A stretch of 64,000 bases of DNA from the IMG/VR virus record IMGVR_UViG_3300007735_000883, positions 2,141 through 66,140 of that record; one strand, 5' to 3'. The number at the start of each line of letters is the position of its first letter. Position 1 is the first letter of the stretch. The notes under the pieces were generated by a model. That model was not told where the DNA came from. It did not search any database and worked only from the letters and a program-made list of their open reading frames with translations. The DNA is from a virus (Duplodnaviria; Caudoviricetes). The position numbers and the translations under genes were made by a program. Positions 20,161 to 30,288 of the stretch are shown in pieces.

Positions 20161-20997
20161 ATGAGCCAAGATCAAATAAACACTTCTAATTTTAATGCAG
20201 ACGACTACAGTGGATTTACTCCTCATAAATTTAGTATTAGTTCCAGAGAACACAGTAAATTTGGCCCGTCTTTAAATCCTGATTATTTTATATCCAATCC
20301 TAAACTAGTTCCGTATGCTACCACCCCCCCAGCACATCTCTCAAAATATAGACCAAATGAATCAGAACCCAACGAAGACCAGTTGCTGTGCGCTAAAAAT
20401 GCAGCAACAGAGTGTCCTGCAATTAAAACAGAACTGGGTTCTGAGTGGTTAGGTATAGATTACAGCGATCCTAATGCTGCTTATAATTGTTTTTGTTCTG
20501 ATGTTAGAGATAGACCGGATGCTTCATGGTGGTCCACAAAAGGACATATAAGTGAAGGAGAAGCTGGAAGACTGTCTAAATTACCCTCAGAAATACCAGT
20601 AGATCGATATGTTCCTGCCTCGTACCCTTCAGGAAATTGTGGTACACAATTTGAAAAATATGTAGAATATTCTAAAACAAATGCAACATTTTGGAATACT
20701 CCTCCAAAAACGCCACTGTATAGAAGAGCTCAAATGGCCCTACTCATGTACAATCGTATACGAATTTTAGTCCATGGAGATTTTAATATTAAACCGGGAG
20801 ATCTAATAAACATAGCGTATAGTGTAAACATGCAAAATAACACACAAATTAAAAAATCTCGCCACGACGGTAAATGGATGGTGTATAAAGTTCAAAGAGT
20901 TTTAACCGCAGTAAAACATTCCATGTTTTTATATTTAATGCGAGACGGATCAGAGGTTGATCCAAAAGCATACAGAACAGTTGTATTAGAAAATTAA
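20161..20997 (+). CDS. Baseplate hub (gp27-like), C-terminal part
   Basis: I.I.V.GD..I.PGD.I.I...DGKWMV.KV.....H.M.L.L.RDG hub C-terminal motif. Start set to ATG 20161, which follows AAGGA. Confidence 0.55.
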   Translation: MSQDQINTSNFNADDYSGFTPHKFSISSREHSKFGPSLNPDYFISNPKLVPYATTPPAHLSKYRPNESEPNEDQLLCAKNAATECPAIKTELGSEWLGIDYSDPNAAYNCFCSDVRDRPDASWWSTKGHISEGEAGRLSKLPSEIPVDRYVPASYPSGNCGTQFEKYVEYSKTNATFWNTPPKTPLYRRAQMALLMYNRIRILVHGDFNIKPGDLINIAYSVNMQNNTQIKKSRHDGKWMVYKVQRVLTAVKHSMFLYLMRDGSEVDPKAYRTVVLEN

Positions 20998-21005
20998 TAG
21001 TTTTA

Positions 21006-21013
21006 TATAAATA
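21006..21013 (+). promoter_or_regulatory. T4-type late promoter TATAAATA (gp25 operon)
   Basis: Exact T4 late consensus 6 nt before the gp25 ATG; gp55 and gp33 are encoded in this window. Confidence 0.8.
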
Positions 21014-21019
21014 CCATAA

Positions 21020-21385
21020 ATGCCGTATTATTCAGATATAGATTTTTTTTTAACAAAAAACGAGTTAACAAGCGACATTTCGTTTAAACTCGGAGTTTAC
21101 GCTATTAGCCAAAGCATAGGAAATATAGCATTAACACGTAAAGGCGAAAGAGTATTTAATCCAGAATTTGGTTCTGATTTAATTGTGGGATTACAAACAA
21201 AAACCACAGATTTAGATCTTATTATTTTAAAACAAATAGTTAAAGCCCAAATACAAACACAAGAACCCAGAGGAGTAATAGATAATATAGAATTTACTAG
21301 ATTACCCGAGGGGTATAAAGTTGATATAACATTTCATCTAGCAAATGATGAAACAGCAACAGGAACATTAAGTTTAACGGTTTAA
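21020..21385 (+). CDS. gp25: Baseplate wedge subunit gp25
   Basis: YSDID, AI.QSI.NI.LT.KGER.FNP.FGS, EPR. Confidence 0.93.
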   Translation: MPYYSDIDFFLTKNELTSDISFKLGVYAISQSIGNIALTRKGERVFNPEFGSDLIVGLQTKTTDLDLIILKQIVKAQIQTQEPRGVIDNIEFTRLPEGYKVDITFHLANDETATGTLSLTV

Positions 21386-21395
21386 AGGCAAATAA

Positions 21396-23132
21396 ATGGC
21401 AAACCCTCCACCACAAATAAACATTTCTTCTTTGGACTTTGAAGGTCTAAAAGCATCGTTTAAAGAATATTTAAAAACTTTACCAGATTCAGCTTTAAAT
21501 AGTTATAATTACGACGGTTCTGCAATAAATTTATTATTAGACGTTTTTGCATATAACACATTATATTATGCGTACTACGCAAATATGATTGCAAATGAAA
21601 GCTTTTTAGCTACAGCGCAATCTGAAAATAATTTTGTTTCTCTTCTAAAACCACTAGGAGTACTTTTACCCAGTAGAACATGTTCTGTAGCAGAAATTAC
21701 AGGTACTTCTTCTGTAACTAGTTCATCAATAACTGCTTATTCTGATACTTTTGTAGGCACAAGCAGTACTGGTTTAGTGTATCAGTTCTATACTATAGAA
21801 AATATTGATTTAGACGCACAACCAAAAACATTTAAAGTATACGAAGCAACTACAGTAGTAAAAGATCTAACAGTTTCTGTAGATTTAACGGAACAAAAAG
21901 CATTTATAGCAACTAAAAATTTAGATATTAATACTTTAACAGTTAAAGTTACTTCTGGTGGAGTGGAAGAAACCTGGGAATACGCACAAAATACACAAAC
22001 TGTTGGTCCTGATGCCAAAGTTTACTTTTTAGACAGAACAAATACGGGATTTTATTTAATCTTTGGTAAAAGAAGTATAAACGATTTTGATAATAATTAC
22101 GGTAAAAATATTCAAACTGGCGATACTGTAAAAGTTTCATATCTTATTCCAAACGGAGAATCCGCTAATAATGTGGTGTCGTTTAGTTCTTCCGCTAATA
22201 TAAGTATAAGTCGAGTGGTTCCTTCTGCCGGTGGAAGAAGTTCTGCAGATTTAGAACTGTATAGATTTTCTGCACCAAAACTATTTGCCGCAAACGACAG
22301 AGCCATAACAAAAGACGATTATTATGGACTTTTATTGAATTCTGGTTTATTGCCTTCAGACATTACATCACAACAAGAAATAAACGTTTGGGGCGGAGAA
22401 GAAGCTACACCTCCTGCATACGGTCGAGTTTTTGTTTCGTTTGCAAACGAAGGATTGACTGCAGGTTCATATTCTGTAAGAAATTGTATTGCGTTTTTAA
22501 AGAAAAAATCAGCATTAACAATACTGCCAGAATACACACAACCACAAATTATAACAGCAAACATTTATCTGACAGTATTAGGGCCAAATATCAATAATAC
22601 TGCTGTAAAAAATCTTATTAATGATTATTATAACACAAACTATAAGTTTAATAATACTATATTTTTAGGAGATTTAAGAGGATTAATTTCTGACCGATAC
22701 ACCGTAACAGGTATAAATTTAAACTCTATAACTTTATCTCTTGGTGTTTACGGATCTGTTACCGACCGAATAGTGTCATTTAAAAATGAATTTGCAAACG
22801 CTGCAGTGGATTCTGTTTTTACCGTAGTTAAAACTACAGGAATTACTTATAACGGACAATCTGCATTTTTAGGCGATTCTCCGGTAAAATTTGATGCTAG
22901 CGGTAATTCTATATTAGGTAAACTGTATCCATTTAAGACAGTGAATAACACAAAAATAGGATCTGATGCAGTTGGTGATGTTGATTATTCTAGAGGGGTG
23001 ATAACAATACGCGGTAATATTCTACCAGAAACACAATACACAACTGTAACAGTGGTACCAAAATATCAAGACGCGTTGGTGTTTAACAATGAATTTTTAT
23101 TAAAATCAAATGCAATTGTAAACGGAACTTAA
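21396..23132 (+). CDS. gp6: Baseplate wedge subunit gp6
   Basis: LDF..LK.S...YL, YNY.GS....LLDV.AYNT.Y..YYANM.ANESFL.TA, AP..F....RA.T.DDY, VWGGEE..PP.YGRVF. Confidence 0.95.
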   Translation: MANPPPQINISSLDFEGLKASFKEYLKTLPDSALNSYNYDGSAINLLLDVFAYNTLYYAYYANMIANESFLATAQSENNFVSLLKPLGVLLPSRTCSVAEITGTSSVTSSSITAYSDTFVGTSSTGLVYQFYTIENIDLDAQPKTFKVYEATTVVKDLTVSVDLTEQKAFIATKNLDINTLTVKVTSGGVEETWEYAQNTQTVGPDAKVYFLDRTNTGFYLIFGKRSINDFDNNYGKNIQTGDTVKVSYLIPNGESANNVVSFSSSANISISRVVPSAGGRSSADLELYRFSAPKLFAANDRAITKDDYYGLLLNSGLLPSDITSQQEINVWGGEEATPPAYGRVFVSFANEGLTAGSYSVRNCIAFLKKKSALTILPEYTQPQIITANIYLTVLGPNINNTAVKNLINDYYNTNYKFNNTIFLGDLRGLISDRYTVTGINLNSITLSLGVYGSVTDRIVSFKNEFANAAVDSVFTVVKTTGITYNGQSAFLGDSPVKFDASGNSILGKLYPFKTVNNTKIGSDAVGDVDYSRGVITIRGNILPETQYTTVTVVPKYQDALVFNNEFLLKSNAIVNGT

Positions 23133-23135
23133 TAT

Positions 23136-24269
23136 ATGATTTTACTGTTTACAAATCAACTTAGAAATATTGAACTCCAATTAGAAGAAGAATTGGGTGG
23201 AATAAAATCGCCTCCAATACAAGATTTACCTCCACCACTAAAACAGACTGTATTGGCATTTTACACACCACACGAACAACCGTCTCCCACATGTTCGTAT
23301 CCCATGAATGTGGCAGATTTATTTCCATTTTGGTTGCGGCAAAACACAGAAGGAGAATCTAAACTAATATTAATGACCAAAGCGTACTACAACTGGTTGA
23401 GTTGTGGTATGTCTACTAATGATATTAGTTTTTTTAATTTAGAAGATCTGATCGATATCGAAACAACTCCAGATCGCCTGTTAAAATACCACCTGTATTC
23501 GTATATTAATTCTTTTCCTGTAGATGACATACTAACCACTGATACTCCTCAAGGTAACATAGATCCTGCTGCCGTTAGAAAATTATTTGATAATGTAAAA
23601 ATAAATTTATACTCTAAAAAAGGAACCGAAGAAAGTATACGATTTGTTTTAGAGTCTTTGTTTAATATAACACCAGATAGAGTATCGGTTTCATATCCTA
23701 AACGATATATTATGCGATTAAATGGTGGTCATTACGACTGGATGCGAGACGATCTCCAAATACGTTCTACATATTCTTCCAATCCTAATTCATACAATCC
23801 ACAATTAGTTGGAAGTTTTTTAAATTATTCTGTATTACAGGACAATGAGTTGTGGCAAGAATATTCGTATGTTTTAAATATAACAGGTCTTTCTGCAGGT
23901 TATTATGAAAATGCAGTTAAACCTCTGGTTCATCCTGCCGGAACTAAAGATTTTTACGACGCAATGCATCATGTTTTTAATAATGCTTCCGATTCTACTT
24001 CAAACATCTTTGTAGAAATACCGGTAATTAAAAATTACGCAAAATATAACTTATTTTCTTTTGACAGTTTAAATGTGTGTAGTGGGTGCAGCGGCAGTTC
24101 TGATAATCCTGGACCACAATTTAGATTTCCAACTTGGGATGTTGATATTAATACTAAATACTCTGTGGGTGTCACATTTGGTGCTATAAAAGCAGTGGAT
24201 TTTTTGCGTTTAAGCCCCGCTACTGGATTTACTTTTGTAAACGAAACTCTTTCTTGTATAGGTTGCTAA
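23136..24269 (+). CDS. gp7: Baseplate wedge initiator, gp7-like (short)
   Basis: FP.W, .AYY.WL, DI..T, LY..KGT.ES.RF....LF, LQDN..WQEYSYV, VK.LVHPAG; follows gp6. Confidence 0.8.
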   Translation: MILLFTNQLRNIELQLEEELGGIKSPPIQDLPPPLKQTVLAFYTPHEQPSPTCSYPMNVADLFPFWLRQNTEGESKLILMTKAYYNWLSCGMSTNDISFFNLEDLIDIETTPDRLLKYHLYSYINSFPVDDILTTDTPQGNIDPAAVRKLFDNVKINLYSKKGTEESIRFVLESLFNITPDRVSVSYPKRYIMRLNGGHYDWMRDDLQIRSTYSSNPNSYNPQLVGSFLNYSVLQDNELWQEYSYVLNITGLSAGYYENAVKPLVHPAGTKDFYDAMHHVFNNASDSTSNIFVEIPVIKNYAKYNLFSFDSLNVCSGCSGSSDNPGPQFRFPTWDVDINTKYSVGVTFGAIKAVDFLRLSPATGFTFVNETLSCIGC

Positions 24270-24275
24270 AATTCT

Positions 24276-25640
24276 ATGTCTAACAAATTTTCATTAACAG
24301 CATTAAACATACCCAAAGAACTGTTTTTAGTAACTGGAGGAATTTCTGGTGGAGCTAAAACAGAATGGGAGCCACTCTCCGATTCATTTTTTGCTAAACG
24401 TATACCTGAAACCCAAAAACATTATATTGCGCCCATAAACACCTGGCAAACACGAATAAAGTATAACAGATACGTGTCGGTAGATAATTACACTACAGTT
24501 TACAATGAAGACAACCAAACGGTTTATCTGTGCCTTCACAATCACCCAGACTTTAGAGACGATTTAGAGCCTGGTCTATCTGTTCAACAGCCATCACATT
24601 CGTCTGGGCGACAAACATATGAAGACGGATATACTTGGTTGCCCCTCTTTAAGGTAGATTTTACCGAATGGGAATTTATTGCTCCAGGAGAAATTCCTGT
24701 TCCAAAAATAGAAACGGAAACGGACTACACAACATTTTCACAAAAATATGAGCCATTATGTGGTCCTAAAGGAGTTACTTCATTTGGTTGTTGTTGTTTA
24801 TACTTTAAAGAAAATAGTGTGGACGAAGTTACCGGAGAAGTTTATACTGCAGGTGACGTAACAAATGAAAGTATTTTTTCTGATTGTTATGAATGCCAAA
24901 AACTAGCAGAAGCTTTAGACAGAGACGTTACGTTTTTAAGTGGAACTTTGCCTAGTGGAATTACTTTAACTCACCCATTAGAAAATCCGTTATGCCCAGC
25001 AACAAAAACAATTAAAACGTTAAAAGAACAATTACAAGAACAACAGTACACTATTGTTCCCGGTTCTAGTAAAGAATATCAATTATTTTTACTAAACAAT
25101 CATAACAACAAAGGAATAATGGCAGTAGGAATTGATCTAGACGGCCTAACCGACGCACAAAAAACAATCAGTGTAGACAATCCTGTTTTAAATGTTGCAG
25201 ATCCTTCAGGGTCTGGCGCAACCGTTAAAATAAAAACTAATCCTATAGGCTTAAGTAGTCATTTTATATACGGTATAGAACTGGTAACAGAAGGATCTGA
25301 ATACGGCGAACTTCCGGTCGTGAATAACATTTCTAATGTTATTAGTTCTGTGGTTCAAGACAGAATAACACTAATACCGTATGATTCTGAAATATACACT
25401 AATCCACAAACTTACGCCAAACCAAATAAACTAAAAGCGTCAATAACCGTAACAAACAATGAAGTGGCATCCCTTGTTCCTGCTGCAGTACAACACACTA
25501 AAATTGCAGTAATGACGGATCCTAAATTTTTAAGTACTTCTGCTTTAGCAGAATATACAAAAAACGATAGCAGCACTCAAAGACTGCCAACGATAGTAAC
25601 ACTATACAAACCGTCAACCAAGGTTGATGTTGGAGCATAA
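24276..25640 (+). CDS. gp8: Baseplate wedge subunit gp8-like with a Cys-rich insertion
   Basis: W.....Y.RY, VY.CL.N, P.H.......DGY.W..LF gp8 motifs; follows gp7. Confidence 0.75.
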   Translation: MSNKFSLTALNIPKELFLVTGGISGGAKTEWEPLSDSFFAKRIPETQKHYIAPINTWQTRIKYNRYVSVDNYTTVYNEDNQTVYLCLHNHPDFRDDLEPGLSVQQPSHSSGRQTYEDGYTWLPLFKVDFTEWEFIAPGEIPVPKIETETDYTTFSQKYEPLCGPKGVTSFGCCCLYFKENSVDEVTGEVYTAGDVTNESIFSDCYECQKLAEALDRDVTFLSGTLPSGITLTHPLENPLCPATKTIKTLKEQLQEQQYTIVPGSSKEYQLFLLNNHNNKGIMAVGIDLDGLTDAQKTISVDNPVLNVADPSGSGATVKIKTNPIGLSSHFIYGIELVTEGSEYGELPVVNNISNVISSVVQDRITLIPYDSEIYTNPQTYAKPNKLKASITVTNNEVASLVPAAVQHTKIAVMTDPKFLSTSALAEYTKNDSSTQRLPTIVTLYKPSTKVDVGA

Positions 25641-25652
25641 ACGGAGTAAAAA

Positions 25653-26051
25653 ATGGAAGATCTAGGTTTAGGAAACGACACTGCTTTTTTTCAAATAGGA
25701 TCACGAGCATTTGTGGTCGATACGAGTGCGAATCAGGTTGGTTATTTTGCGGATTCCATAGCAGCAGTTACCGGTGTCGGTGGATACGTTTGGCTAAACT
25801 CATCAAAAACACAGAAAGCTATAGGATGGGATTTGTATGTAAATGACGAGCCAGATTCGTACACAACAGGAAAGATTGTTGAATTTGCAGGTGCTACCTA
25901 CACGGTAGGACCAATACAAAAGCCAACATTAGACGTAAAATCTGCAAAATTCTTTAATGTTACTGATATATCGTCAACCCCTCTAGCAGGAACTACCAGC
26001 GCAAACACGACTAGAGGAACTGTTTTTAATATATCCATAAACTTATTATAA
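25653..26051 (+). CDS. Hypothetical protein, possibly a detached gp8 C-terminal part
   Basis: 132 aa with GGAG SD; C-terminus weakly resembles gp8 ends. Confidence 0.5.
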   Translation: MEDLGLGNDTAFFQIGSRAFVVDTSANQVGYFADSIAAVTGVGGYVWLNSSKTQKAIGWDLYVNDEPDSYTTGKIVEFAGATYTVGPIQKPTLDVKSAKFFNVTDISSTPLAGTTSANTTRGTVFNISINLL

Positions 26052-26054
26052 ATA
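26047..26054 (+). promoter_or_regulatory. T4-type late promoter TATAAATA
   Basis: Exact consensus 7 nt before ATG 26062. Confidence 0.75.
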
Positions 26055-26061
26055 ATAAAAA

Positions 26062-26745
26062 ATGACCATTCCTTCTCCATTTACATCCGATTTTCCGTTA
26101 AGACCTACTCCGTTTCGTAGTCGTGTAGAGCAACAGTTAGACTACAATAAAAATTATTATGCTGTTGCGTTTAAACCAGGGTTTCCACTACAAGCTTCAG
26201 AGTTAAACGAAATACAAGAGATATTTTATGTTCAAAATACTTTGGACAAAAAATTACCAAGTGGGGGATGGACCGGTCCCGTTCCCTGGTCCGGAGCAAC
26301 TCCTATGAATTGGAGTATGATTACAATGAATCTAACAGGCCCAGTTACTGTTGGAGCGGGATGGTACCATATAATGGACACCCAAATTAACGGTGGAGTA
26401 GGAGTCTGGGTTTACAACGAGACTGCTCGCACCTTAACACCGTCCCACACAGAAAGTAGTTCTAGTTCTCCAGAATACGGATTAAAAGTAAAACCAGTAA
26501 CTGTAGAATGTTCTAGGTCATCAACGCCCGGAACAAATGAAGATCCTAATTTGCAAGACCAGTCTAACTTTAATGTTATTGGTGGCCCGTGCGGAGCAGC
26601 ACGTTTACAGCTACAAGTTACAGGAGTTGGCTCTACAGCTCCTGCAGGAGAATACGTTATACCGATGTTTACTGGTCCGTTTACTCGTGGCCCAGAAATT
26701 AGAGAAATTGTATTCAAAAATAACGATACCAAGCAACAAGTATAA
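26062..26745 (+). CDS. Short DUF4815/VrlC-like virion structural protein
   Basis: KNYY.V.FKPG.PLQA.EL.E.Q N-terminal motif, at its usual position after gp8. Confidence 0.65.
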   Translation: MTIPSPFTSDFPLRPTPFRSRVEQQLDYNKNYYAVAFKPGFPLQASELNEIQEIFYVQNTLDKKLPSGGWTGPVPWSGATPMNWSMITMNLTGPVTVGAGWYHIMDTQINGGVGVWVYNETARTLTPSHTESSSSSPEYGLKVKPVTVECSRSSTPGTNEDPNLQDQSNFNVIGGPCGAARLQLQVTGVGSTAPAGEYVIPMFTGPFTRGPEIREIVFKNNDTKQQV

Positions 26746-26756
26746 AGTAAAACGAT

Positions 26757-29171
26757 ATGCCCATAACACCACTAACAAATACAGATACTTTTCAAACTTG
26801 GTTTACCACAACCAACAGTGTTATTTCTGCAGTGAACGGGATGACTGTTTACAACATTTTACCCGGTGACGGCATCAGTCTGACAAGCAGTGCTGGTGTA
26901 TTTACAATTAAACACGGCTCATCTGTAGGAACTCCTGTTACATTTACCGGCCCGGTTTCGTTTACAAACACGGTTTCGTTCAGTTCTAATCCGTCAATTA
27001 ATGCGGTAACTGTTTCTGTATCTCCTAAATTAACCGGTATCACAATAGGTAATGTGGTGCGTGTAACAGACAGTGGATTAACTTTATCTAAAGCAGATTC
27101 AGCAGAAAATGCAGAAGTTTTGGGTATAGTTGTGGGTGGTGATGCCACATCACACACGGTTGCCACATCAGGTTTAGTAAACAACTCCACATTTGCTAAT
27201 ACTATTAGTAATCTGTTGGGAGTAGCTGGCGGCACACTGTCCCTGGGATGTGCGTACTTTTTACGTGCAGACGTTGGTGGTGGAATCACTACTGTAGAAC
27301 CAAATACATACGGACAAGTATCTAAACCAGTGCTGTTGGGTGTTACCGGTTCTGTCGGTGCCATACTTCCGTATCGTGGTATCATGATTGACGGCATTAG
27401 TGCTGGTATAACTGCAGAGCTAGACAATAAAATTATTATACAGGTAGAATACGGATACAGTTATAATGGTCCTGCCAGTGATTATTTTGCTCCCTTAAAT
27501 AAGGGAGACGTTTTAGTATATGTTGGTGCCTCTACAGATATAGATTGGATGGGTCTATTAAATTTATCTGTAGGTGCCATAAAACTACTAGGAAAACTTG
27601 CAGGAGATGTTACGATTGATAATAGACCAAACGTTCTTGTTACACAGTATCCCGACCCTCAATTTACTGCATCGCCTGCTATGGTTTTAGGAATTGTTTC
27701 TGAGATTTTAAACGATACTGGTTCTGTTTTAACACTAGAAATCACAACTAGAGGTGGTGCGTTCACAGTAAAAAAATCAGAACTAGATCCCAACTATTAC
27801 GATTTTACTAATACAATATCACCGTATAATACTATTAAGGGAGGAATATTTAAATATAATACAGATTTAAACAAATATGCTTCTTCTAGTGTTTCAATTC
27901 CTAAAACTTTGTTCGCTAATTTAATCTCACATAATGATGCCGAAGAAACGCTTACTTTTATTTATCAAGGCACCGAATATTCTACCGAAGGTGGATCAGT
28001 AAGTCCATTTACTTCTCCTATGGGGTTTATTAGTACTAGTGGTGTAACCGGAGACATAGAATACGATAATCTGATACCTAACGGATCGTTTACTATCTGG
28101 CAACGAGGATACACTCCATTTAATGGTGTAACTTTAGGCGATTTATCGTCTTCAAACACTCCAGTATGTGACCGTTGGTTTTATATGAACGATAAAAACG
28201 GAAACATATCGGGACTAACTTTGTATATTGAACGACACGATTTTGATACGTATCAGACAACAGTTCCAGGTTCTCCTCGTTACTGGATAGACTTAAAACA
28301 AAACTACTCCAGTGTTACCGGTCTAAACTACAGACCTCGTTTTGAAAATATTCAGAGAAGTGCTCGTTTACTACAAGGCCAACAAGCAACGTTAAGTTTC
28401 TGGGCTCTCGCTGGCGTGTGTGGTGCAACAATGGATCTGATATACAACAGGTATCCTGAATCTGAATATTACATTACAGTAAATGACGTTAGCGATGCGT
28501 TAGCGGCCAGAGAAACTATTGCAAGTGGAATAGAAATAAGTTCCGCGTGGAGCAAATACTCGTATACGTTTACTACCACACCAGAAAGCGTGTTAACCGA
28601 TTCTGCAGATGAAGGTTGGTATGGAATAGGATTTGAGTTCCCATCATCAGGCGTAACTATGAGTATAGCTCAAGTTCAATTAGAATTAGGACCAACGACC
28701 ACAGAAATTGTGTACTCTTTACCCCAAAAAGAACTTGATCGTTGTTCTCCGTACTATCTCCGAACATACGATTGGGATCAATCAACAGGATTTACGGGAA
28801 CATCGCAGTTAAACGAAGAATACGTAACTTTAGGTAATCTTCAATCACAAGACATATACGATATTAAATTTCCGTTGGAAATGGTTGATACTCCAACAGT
28901 AACTTTATACTCTCCAACAGGTATGGCAAACGAGGCGTATAACGTAACCAAGAAAGCAGATATGCGGTATCCTCGTTGTGAGGGGTGTCCCATACACGTA
29001 AATCTTCCATGGGATACAACCACGGTAAGAACTTCTCTGTCGTCTGGAAATATAACAGTACCAAACACCAGTAAAAACGGAATGCAAATAAAAATTAATA
29101 ATGGAGCTACGCATCTAGACACGCTTAAATTCCATTATGTAGCAGATGCAGACATTAAATTAGAAGTATAA
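26757..29171 (+). CDS. Tail fibre/baseplate-associated protein
   Basis: TDTF..W...TN fibre N-terminal motif, KADS..NAEVLG domain, NLIPNG.F.IWQRG...DRW and VQLE.G...EL.RC..YY motifs common in fibre proteins. Confidence 0.7.
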   Translation: MPITPLTNTDTFQTWFTTTNSVISAVNGMTVYNILPGDGISLTSSAGVFTIKHGSSVGTPVTFTGPVSFTNTVSFSSNPSINAVTVSVSPKLTGITIGNVVRVTDSGLTLSKADSAENAEVLGIVVGGDATSHTVATSGLVNNSTFANTISNLLGVAGGTLSLGCAYFLRADVGGGITTVEPNTYGQVSKPVLLGVTGSVGAILPYRGIMIDGISAGITAELDNKIIIQVEYGYSYNGPASDYFAPLNKGDVLVYVGASTDIDWMGLLNLSVGAIKLLGKLAGDVTIDNRPNVLVTQYPDPQFTASPAMVLGIVSEILNDTGSVLTLEITTRGGAFTVKKSELDPNYYDFTNTISPYNTIKGGIFKYNTDLNKYASSSVSIPKTLFANLISHNDAEETLTFIYQGTEYSTEGGSVSPFTSPMGFISTSGVTGDIEYDNLIPNGSFTIWQRGYTPFNGVTLGDLSSSNTPVCDRWFYMNDKNGNISGLTLYIERHDFDTYQTTVPGSPRYWIDLKQNYSSVTGLNYRPRFENIQRSARLLQGQQATLSFWALAGVCGATMDLIYNRYPESEYYITVNDVSDALAARETIASGIEISSAWSKYSYTFTTTPESVLTDSADEGWYGIGFEFPSSGVTMSIAQVQLELGPTTTEIVYSLPQKELDRCSPYYLRTYDWDQSTGFTGTSQLNEEYVTLGNLQSQDIYDIKFPLEMVDTPTVTLYSPTGMANEAYNVTKKADMRYPRCEGCPIHVNLPWDTTTVRTSLSSGNITVPNTSKNGMQIKINNGATHLDTLKFHYVADADIKLEV

Positions 29172-29184
29172 AGGAACATTATAA

Positions 29185-30288
29185 ATGCCTTCTTGCCGAT
29201 CCAGTAGCAACCAAAACACACGCGTATTTGCACCTCACGTTATTTTTCAACAAGACACTACGCGTCTGGCAATAACTCTTACTAGTGGTCAGGGGTATAC
29301 TTTAGAAGGAATAACTGCTGGTGACGTTATTCGCTACGATCCTATAAACGGAAGTTATAAAAAGTCTTTAGCAAACACAGAAATAAACGCAGAAGTTTTA
29401 GGTGTTGTTGAAAGCGGTATAACTGCGCCGTATACTGTTGTTATATACGGGTCGATTAAATATCCACAAAGTCGTTTAAATCAGATCGTGAGTGGTGCGG
29501 ATGGTGGAATAGACGTTTTATTTTTAGACGATCAAGTAAGTGGTGGTCTAACAGGAAGTATAGATTTAACAACAGGAGTAAAGATAGTTAAACCTGTTAT
29601 GCAGGTTGCTCCACACGGAGTATATAATGGTGTTGTAACAAATTATATTGGTTATAAAACCGGTAGTGCGCCTTCATCGGGGCCTGGGTTTGCACCACCC
29701 GATGGTGGAATTATTATGGGACCTAAAGGTTTAGACAACGAATACTGGTTAGATTTATCATTAGATCAAACAATATCTGCCAGCGATTATCCTACAGTTT
29801 ATCAGACATATGGAACCGATTACGGTCCGTATCAAGAACTGGTGACTGTTAGTAGTGGTACAGTTACTAGTGGTCTAATCGGAAAACAAGCGTATCAACT
29901 GATTAATAATATAAAAAATTATGTGGGAGTTGTAACTGCTGTAGACATTATAGGAACAATTACCGTAGAGAAGGCTTCAGGAACACAATTATACGATACA
30001 TCAAAAACTTTATACGTTGATAAAACTCCTTTTGGCATTTCTAGTACCTCTGTTTCTTCGTTCTTTGTACCAAAAGTAAATATAAACGCAGAACAAAACG
30101 GAGAAACACTTACAGCGTATTTAAAGCTGTTTGATGATCCCAGAACAGTAACAATACCAAACGAATTATCGGTCAACCAATTAACAGCGGAATCTACTTT
30201 AACTGTAAATGGTGTAGATGTTGGTGCTAAATTAGCGGAACTGGAAGTAAAAATAAATCTACTGAACGCCAGGGTTAGTGCATTCTAA
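29185..30288 (+). CDS. Virion structural protein, paralogous to the N-half of 26757..29171
   Basis: GIT.GDVIR...SLA....AEVLGVV...GGLT...KPV shared with the upstream gene; C-terminal coiled coil. Confidence 0.6.
   Translation: MPSCRSSSNQNTRVFAPHVIFQQDTTRLAITLTSGQGYTLEGITAGDVIRYDPINGSYKKSLANTEINAEVLGVVESGITAPYTVVIYGSIKYPQSRLNQIVSGADGGIDVLFLDDQVSGGLTGSIDLTTGVKIVKPVMQVAPHGVYNGVVTNYIGYKTGSAPSSGPGFAPPDGGIIMGPKGLDNEYWLDLSLDQTISASDYPTVYQTYGTDYGPYQELVTVSSGTVTSGLIGKQAYQLINNIKNYVGVVTAVDIIGTITVEKASGTQLYDTSKTLYVDKTPFGISSTSVSSFFVPKVNINAEQNGETLTAYLKLFDDPRTVTIPNELSVNQLTAESTLTVNGVDVGAKLAELEVKINLLNARVSAF

Noticed and set aside
25638-25655. Readthrough from gp8 into ORF 25653
   Set aside because: Two in-frame TAA codons and an independent GGAG SD
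26849-27427. 192-aa antisense ORF and the other short overlapping ORFs in the track
   Set aside because: Shadows of well-supported genes on the other strand or frame, with no motifs or SD
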